DNA from: a virus
Virus record (IMG/VR): IMGVR_UViG_3300031963_011573
Coordinates: 42,061 to 106,060 of that record
DNA: 64,000 bases
Reading direction: 5' to 3' (one strand)
In this document: positions 58,801 through 64,000 of the stretch, piece by piece
How positions within the stretch are numbered: position 1 is the first letter of the stretch
How the letters are laid out: the number at the start of each line of letters is the position of its first letter
Translations under genes and position numbers: made by a program
Notes under the pieces: model-generated
Told to the model about the DNA's origin: nothing
The model's database searches: none
The model's input: only the letters and a program-made list of their open reading frames with translations

Positions 58801-59036
58801 ATGTATGGTTTAGAAAAACAGGATCCAACATTGATAATTCTGATACAGTTGTACAATTACAAAATAACTCACAAACTGTATTAGCTTGGGATTTTTCACA
58901 CCCTTTTACCGCAGGTGAATATGCAGAGATATGGTACCATTCCTCCACTACAAATACCTCTTTCCCTGCAGCAGTAGCCGGAAGTGGTTTCCCTTCCTCT
59001 CCTTCAGTTAGGGTAACAGTAACACAAATAGCATAA
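55815..59036 (+). CDS. Large modular tail fibre
   Basis: SIDAFTG anchor; VDFRVESD module; about 7 16-aa SNFLG.NxG repeats; KNQTG domain; C-terminal GLYDIQF jelly-roll-like tip. Confidence 0.75.
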   Translation: MAQQLSKTGITSLGTIRPGHVSQSIDAFTGIEAYDISLSGSFNMTGSINGQPGVVNPLTASFAVSSSRAVSSSFTVSSSFAVTASYAPNFANTDLTLNNDRTHDLNGYDLFFSEDGNNFGYTSFGIFGGGSPNSGLGSFQVNGGTDSTFTVTNTFLRLLQLDNQFIVNGTETTVNEQGYPVDFRVESDNQTHMLFVSGSANRIGIAKSNPNSTLDISGSVLVTGSLTISGSSTFTNIGLALFTGSVLISGSITGSEGVTNPLTASYAITASYALNSGVTIDTGSFVLTSSFNSFTGSYNTGSFTGSFSGSFNGTSSWALNSTTSSFITASNVYGPYGSNSVISSSYAITASHALNVVSSPIQTSGTTLYSTNPGTAFFSTNNGIFFGGNAGYGASNSIQAVFIGPSAGTNAPNTPYSIFLGANAGANAANSSNSNFLGESAGNQATGASNSNFLGYNTGYQATGATGSNFLGYNTGNRAISASNSNLFGYQTGRSGSWGSIGSNNIIIGTNISLPNARNNSINLGGIIFATGSYSTTSGDTYTGSQANSRVGIAKDYPNSTLDVAGNTTITGSLIVTGSITGSNGVINPLTASYAITASYVESGSYALSSSYALSSSYALTSSYANAALSASYAETASYSQTASDILVYVKNQTGFNIAKGTVVRIANVGNSSDIPRVTTASYENDSNSANTLGITTQLITNGSEGYVITEGVLKGIDTTNYTGGQLLYLGATGSITGSAPLAPLHSVRLGEVVRDQTNNGSIYVRIDNGVELGELHDVRDTTTTGSYGDLLVKSGSVWTNSKQLTGSYAITGSLTISGSSTFTNIGPSIFSGSVDISGSQTFTGTSAFYGNHTLSGSNTITGNTIMSGSITVSGSSDFKNSLFTVTGSSFFKGTHQVSGSTTITGSLNVTGDINVISGSSFTRWGNKLFNYGQFAHSSSISVTANTSASFAFTTTNFNEGISVVSGSRLTFENTGLYDIQFTAIANQGIGTPNLHVWFRKTGSNIDNSDTVVQLQNNSQTVLAWDFSHPFTAGEYAEIWYHSSTTNTSFPAAVAGSGFPSSPSVRVTVTQIA

Positions 59037-59067
59037 TTGAAATAAACAACCATATTTATAATAAAAA

Positions 59068-59532
59068 ATGGCAAAACAATTAAGCAAACAAGATATAGTA
59101 ACCCGTAAAGTAGTTAGACCTTGGCATGTTTCCCAATCCGTAGATGCTTTTACAGGTATAGAAGCATATGATATTACAATATCTGGTTCATTAACTTTAA
59201 CAGGTTCTCTTGCCATTAATGGGTTAACCACTGCATCTCAAGCAAATGTATTAACAATTGATTCCTCAACTGGCCAAGTATATTATACTGCTTCTTCAGC
59301 TGTTGGTGGAGGTGGAGGTGGTGGAGGTGGAGGATTAGATATCGAAACTATCACTATTGATATTTATGCTGGATATTATGAAGAAATTTCATATGATTCC
59401 CCAGATTCACTTAATTATATGTTTGCTGGAGAAAACTTAATTTTATATGGTGGAAATACTTCAATATCAGCTATAAATCTTTCGGATGGTAGTTATTTAA
59501 TTTACCCTAGATCAAGTGCAGTTCCTGCATAA
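59068..59532 (+). CDS. Short fibre protein with SVDAFTG anchor and Gly10 linker
   Basis: N-terminus paralogous to 55815 and 6488; late motif at 59052. Confidence 0.6.
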   Translation: MAKQLSKQDIVTRKVVRPWHVSQSVDAFTGIEAYDITISGSLTLTGSLAINGLTTASQANVLTIDSSTGQVYYTASSAVGGGGGGGGGGLDIETITIDIYAGYYEEISYDSPDSLNYMFAGENLILYGGNTSISAINLSDGSYLIYPRSSAVPA

Positions 59533-59561
59533 AACTTATTAATTTTTAATATATTTAAAAA

Positions 59562-59906
59562 ATGGCCATAAAAAAATCATACCCAGAAGATATTTTTTTA
59601 CCAACAGGCACCCAAATAGTTGCAAATACATATCAAATTAGATATGGTACTGTTGGTTCTTATTCTTCATTAATGAGTGCAGCAACTTTAGAAACAATGC
59701 ATGGGATTAGAATAACTCCAAGTAATTATACATTTGCTGGAAACCCTGAAATTGAATATACAGATTTTTTACTTGAAACAGGATTAAATAGTGTTACATA
59801 TACTATCAATCAACGAGTATTTATAAAATTTAAAGTTTTATATCCAAATTCTAAAGAAGTTAATATAGTATTTGTTATTAAAACTGGAATTCCACCATCA
59901 CCATAA
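59562..59906 (+). CDS. Hypothetical protein
   Basis: ORF with A-rich leader. Confidence 0.5.
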   Translation: MAIKKSYPEDIFLPTGTQIVANTYQIRYGTVGSYSSLMSAATLETMHGIRITPSNYTFAGNPEIEYTDFLLETGLNSVTYTINQRVFIKFKVLYPNSKEVNIVFVIKTGIPPSP

Positions 59907-59913
59907 ATTTACA

Positions 59914-59945
59914 TTTGGAAAATTATATTTTCTTTCATAAATTAT
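59914..59945 (+). promoter_or_regulatory. Host-type promoter candidate
   Basis: TTTG at 59914, 20-nt spacer, TAAATTAT at 59938. Confidence 0.35.
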
Positions 59946-59969
59946 AAACCAATTTAAAATAAATAAATT

Positions 59970-60233
59970 ATGTCAATAGTTACAGAAAAACAGTTTTTAA
60001 CCCAAGAAGAGTTACAAACACTTAAAACCATTCAAAATGGTACGCAATCCCTAATTTTAGAGTTAGGTGAAATAGAAATGATAAAAATTCAAATTGAAAA
60101 TCGCTACAACAGCGCAAAAGAATTTTTACAAAATCTTTCAAACCAAGAGATAGAATTCACAAAATCTATTTCTGACAAATATGGAAAAGCCTCAATCAAC
60201 CCAGAAACTGGTGAAATTACCAAAATGGATTAA
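59970..60233 (+). CDS. Small coiled-coil protein
   Basis: LTQEEL...LGEIE...KYG..SINPETGEI. Confidence 0.6.
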   Translation: MSIVTEKQFLTQEELQTLKTIQNGTQSLILELGEIEMIKIQIENRYNSAKEFLQNLSNQEIEFTKSISDKYGKASINPETGEITKMD

Positions 60234-60264
60234 TTTGAGAATATTTATACCATATTTATAATAG

Positions 60265-60918
60265 ATGAACATTACTTACATTTATTTAATAGAATTATCT
60301 TCTGGTGAGGTTTATATTGGTAAAACAGTTAATCCAAAATCAAGAAAATATGGCCATATTTTAAAATATGGGAAAGATATTAAATATTGGGTAATAGATG
60401 AAATTTCCTCAATCGATTCTAAAAATTGGAAACCTCTTGAATCCTATTGGATAGAACAATTTAGACAATGGGGTTTTAAAATAGCAAATAAAAATAATGG
60501 AGGAGGCGGCCCATCAAAAAAATCCCCAGAATCTATTAGAAAAATGGTAAGTAAACTTAAAAAAAATATCTACCAATATGATTTAAAAGGAAATTTGATT
60601 AAAACATGGGATAGTATAAAAGAAGCTAAAATAGCAACTGGAGTAGATATTGATGGTTGTTTAAAAGGTAAAACAAAAATTGCAGGAAATTCAATTTGGA
60701 AATATAACCTAGAAACAAATTTTTCCTATCATTTAACCCCAAAACAAGGAAATACAGTATACCAGTATTCATTAGATAACAAATTTGTTAAAATTTGGAA
60801 AAGTGCTAATGAAGCTGAAAAATTTTTAAATAATAAAATAGGAGATAACATAGCAGCATGTTGTAGAGGAAAACAAAAAACAGCTTATGGGTATCTATGG
60901 ACTTATAAAATAAATTAA
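60265..60918 (+). mobile_element. Free-standing GIY-YIG homing endonuclease with two NUMOD1-type domains
   Basis: YIYLI...VYIGKT...R...ESYWI...N; IYQYDLKGNLIKTWDS and VYQYSLDNKFVKIWKS. Confidence 0.85.
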
Positions 60919-60931
60919 AATAAAATAAATA

Positions 60932-62932
60932 ATGGCTGAAGTAATTGTCTCACCTGGCGTATTAGCTATAGAAAATGATCAATCCTTTATCACTGAAGGA
61001 CCTATACAAGCGGGTGCCGCTATTATAGGACCTACTGTAAAAGGTAAAGTAGGTATCCCTGTATTATGTACAACATATAGTGATTATCTGAACAAATTTG
61101 GTTCTACTTTTTTAAGCGGTAGCCAAACATATTCATATTTTACCTCTATTTCAGCATACAACTACTTTAATAATGGAGGGAATACACTATTGGTAACAAG
61201 AGTAGTAAGTGGAACATTTTCTCCTGCTACATCTTCTGTTATTCCTTCATCAAATGCTGCTACATTTGCTTCTGCTTCTTTAGACTTAACAGATGCAGTA
61301 ACAACATCATATTCAGCCTCTATTAACGGTGTAAATATCTTACTTTCAGGTTCATCTACTTTAGATGTATTTAACAATGCTTCTGCTTCTATAAATAGCA
61401 ATGTTACAATAGATTCTACCGCATCTTATTCTGCTCCAAATTTAGTATTAACTGCTCTTAACTCAAATGGATTAGCAGGTAATTCATATTATTATATTTC
61501 TGGAAGTACAACAACATATTTTTCTGGAGGTTCAAACACTGAAGTATTTGCTTTAGAGACATTATCTGAAGGTGAAATCATGAACAGTTCAGGTTCATTA
61601 TATGCTAATGGAACTTTAGAAAACGGAACAGCAGATAATCTAAGATGGCAAATTGTTTCACCAAACGTAAACAACGGAACATTTACCTTACTTATTCGTC
61701 AAGGTAATGATTCAACCAATTCCCCATCTATTTTAGAAACATGGTCAAATTTATCACTTGATCCATTTGCCTCAAACTACATAGAAAGAGTAATAGGAAA
61801 CCAATACGAACAAGTTCAACAAGATAATGGCGAATACTATGTTCAACTAAATGGAGAATATAGAAACCAATCTCGATATGTTCGTATTAAACAAGTTAAT
61901 TTAACCACCCCAAATTATTTTGACAATACAGGTAACCCAAAACCACAATATACTGGTTCTTTACCTACAGCCTCTTTAGGTGTATTTGGTGGAGCTGAAG
62001 GTAAAAATGTTGCCCCAAGTGGTGCATATTATGAAAATATTTCAGATTTAAATATTCAAGGCCTACAAGCAAGTGCCTATACAGAATCTATTTCATTGTT
62101 AGCTAACCAAGATGCTTACCAATACAATTTGATTACAGCACCTGGTTTAATTGCAGATGGTACAAATTTCCCATCACATGCCTCCGCTGTATCGCAATTA
62201 CTTAGTGTAGTGCAAAGTAGAGGAGATTCAATGACCATACTTGATTTAGTAGGATATGGCTCAAACATTTTACCTGTTACAACAAATGCAATAACATATG
62301 ATACTTCATATGCTGCTGCTTATTGGCCTTGGGTTCAAACAATTGACCCAAACTCGGGAAGACAAGTTTGGGTACCTGCCTCTGTTATGATACCTGGGGT
62401 ATATGCATTTAATGATAGTGTAGCAGAACCTTGGTTTGCTCCTGCTGGAACTAACCGTGGAGTAATGTCTACTGTTATTAGGGCAGAACGTTACCTAACT
62501 CAAGGAAATAGAGATTTATTATATGAAAGTAATGTTAACTCAATTGCAACTTTTCCTAATACAGGAGTAACAGTATTTGGTCAAAAGACATTGCAAAAGA
62601 AATCAAGTGCTCTTGATCGTGTGAATGTAAGAAGATTACTTATTGAGTTGAAAAATTATATTTCACAAGTAGCAGATACTTTAGTATTTGAACAAAACAC
62701 AGTAACTACAAGAAATAATTTCTTAGCTCAAGTAAACCCATATTTGGCTTCTGTTCAACAAAGAGAAGGTTTAACAGCATTTAAAGTAGTAATGGATGAA
62801 TCAAATAATACTCCTACTACAATAGACAACAACCAGCTGATAGGACAAATATATTTACAACCAACAAGAACAGCAGAATTTATTCTATTAGACTTTAACA
62901 TACTTCCCACAGGAGCTACTTTTCCTGCTTAA
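60932..62932 (+). CDS. gp18: Tail sheath protein (T4 gp18-like), copy 1
   Basis: SPGV...E.D, YAAAYWPW, WFAPAG..RG, FGQKTL, DRVNVRRL, DESNNT, PTRTAEFI. Confidence 0.95.
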   Translation: MAEVIVSPGVLAIENDQSFITEGPIQAGAAIIGPTVKGKVGIPVLCTTYSDYLNKFGSTFLSGSQTYSYFTSISAYNYFNNGGNTLLVTRVVSGTFSPATSSVIPSSNAATFASASLDLTDAVTTSYSASINGVNILLSGSSTLDVFNNASASINSNVTIDSTASYSAPNLVLTALNSNGLAGNSYYYISGSTTTYFSGGSNTEVFALETLSEGEIMNSSGSLYANGTLENGTADNLRWQIVSPNVNNGTFTLLIRQGNDSTNSPSILETWSNLSLDPFASNYIERVIGNQYEQVQQDNGEYYVQLNGEYRNQSRYVRIKQVNLTTPNYFDNTGNPKPQYTGSLPTASLGVFGGAEGKNVAPSGAYYENISDLNIQGLQASAYTESISLLANQDAYQYNLITAPGLIADGTNFPSHASAVSQLLSVVQSRGDSMTILDLVGYGSNILPVTTNAITYDTSYAAAYWPWVQTIDPNSGRQVWVPASVMIPGVYAFNDSVAEPWFAPAGTNRGVMSTVIRAERYLTQGNRDLLYESNVNSIATFPNTGVTVFGQKTLQKKSSALDRVNVRRLLIELKNYISQVADTLVFEQNTVTTRNNFLAQVNPYLASVQQREGLTAFKVVMDESNNTPTTIDNNQLIGQIYLQPTRTAEFILLDFNILPTGATFPA

Positions 62933-62956
62933 TAATGGATTTTAACAAGAAAATTA

Positions 62957-62965
62957 ATATTTATA
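62957..62965 (+). promoter_or_regulatory. Putative late promoter ATATTTATA
   Basis: Recurrent motif before ATG 62979. Confidence 0.6.
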
Positions 62966-62978
62966 ATAAAAAAATAAA

Positions 62979-64000
62979 ATGGCAAATTTTTCAATTTCCC
63001 CAGGGGTAACAATAAGTGAAATAGACAACACGTTTTTAACAGGCCAACCAGTACAAGCTGGTGCAGCTATTATAGGCCCTACAGTTAAAGGACCTGTAAA
63101 TGTTCCTACATTAGTTACATCATATTCTGATTATCAAAATTATTTTGGTGATACATTTACAAGTGGTGGTTTAGCTAATTCTTATTTTACTTCATTGGCA
63201 GCTTACAATTATTTTAATTATGGTGGTACTTCATTGCTTGTAACACGTGTAGTTAGTGGTTCTTATACCTCTGCAACTTCATCTATAGTAACAAATGATA
63301 TTTTATATGTTACTGGAGGATATGTAGATCCTGGATATGTAGGTGATAATATTTTTGAACTTGAAACCATTTCTGAAGGTGTAATCATGAACAATAATAT
63401 TACAGGAAGTGCAGGTGCATTACTTTCAGGAACTAAAGATAATGTAAGATTTGAAATCATCACCCCAAACACATCTTCAGGTACATTTACAGTATTGATA
63501 GAAGAGGAGATGATAGAACAAACAAGAAAATAATCCTTGAAACATGGAACAACGTAAGTTTAGATCCATATTCATCTCGTTATATTGCTAAAGTAATTGG
63601 TGATCAAAAACTCGTATATGATCAAGCAAACGAACAAATTGATGTAACTGGTGAATATCCAAACCAATCACGTTACGTTCGTGTCGCCGCAGTTAATAAC
63701 CCAACACCATTCTATTTAGACGCAAACGGACAACCAAAATCCCAATACACTGGTTCTATTCCTGTTGCCCAAAATGGTTTATTTGGAGGTGCTACAGGAG
63801 ATGTAATTGGTGGAGCAAATTTATACGAAAATATTACAGCAGGTAATACACAAGGTGTTAGCCCATCTGATTATGATGATGCAATTACAATCCTAAAAAA
63901 TAGAGATGCATACCAATTTAATGTATTATTTACTCCTGGTTTAACGAATGATTTACATACATCACAAATTTCAGAAATTATTCAAAACACACAAGATAGA
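62979..64000 (+). CDS. Tail sheath protein copy 2, with a frameshift near 63500; runs off the window
   Basis: N-terminus paralogous to copy 1. Homology continues in the -1 frame from 63500 (RRGDD...ILETWNNVSLDP...NQSRYVR) and stays open to 64000. Confidence 0.85.

Noticed and set aside
1633-63472. Numerous short minus-strand and alternative-frame ORFs in the track (e.g. 32941..33423, 40707..41102, 45355..45723)
   Set aside because: They lie wholly antisense to or within well-supported genes and show mirror-image composition (Ser/Phe-rich opposite Glu/Lys-rich), so they are shadow ORFs.
63480-63533. Programmed -1 ribosomal frameshift in sheath copy 2
   Set aside because: No X XXY YYZ slippery site at the homology switch. 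Such frameshifts are known for tail chaperones rather than sheaths, so an indel is the simpler explanation.
1-64000. Stop-codon reassignment as seen in some large Bacteroidota phages
   Set aside because: Core genes are intact in the standard code. TAG and TGA occur at plausible gene ends followed by promoters or the next start (for example 3709, 19350, 52770).
1-64000. tRNA, rRNA or CRISPR array
   Set aside because: Intergenic gaps are short (at most about 190 nt), and no cloverleaf or repeat-spacer pattern was seen. The repeats found are coding. A tRNAscan run would confirm.

Overview
This is an AT-rich (about 30% GC by eye), gene-dense segment of a large T4-like contractile-tailed phage, read in the standard genetic code. 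All but two genes are on the + strand. Gene order: baseplate/fibre genes, primase and exonuclease, a roughly 14 kb block of small accessory genes, then terminase, portal, prohead protease, scaffold, major capsid, neck, an accessory fibre/LRR/DUF2827/J-domain island, tail terminator, a large modular fibre and lectin cluster, and two tandem tail sheath genes (the second frameshifted and running off the window). The host is probably Bacteroidota: there are TTTG-N19/20-TAnATT promoters, A-rich start regions without a Shine-Dalgarno, and an Hc1-like histone gene. A late-promoter-like motif, ATAYDTAT(A), precedes about 25 genes. The strongest candidate for an undescribed system is a set of about 12 unrelated accessory proteins that share an N-terminal amphipathic 'LxxL[LI][KR]E' leader and carry (L/I)xE-bounded modules. 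This suggests capsid-packaged, protease-released cargo, including ART-like, ParB-like, HExxH and Tudor-like domains and a hydrophobic peptide embedded in the scaffold. No tRNA, rRNA or CRISPR array was seen. Family names come from motif recognition by eye, not from database searches.
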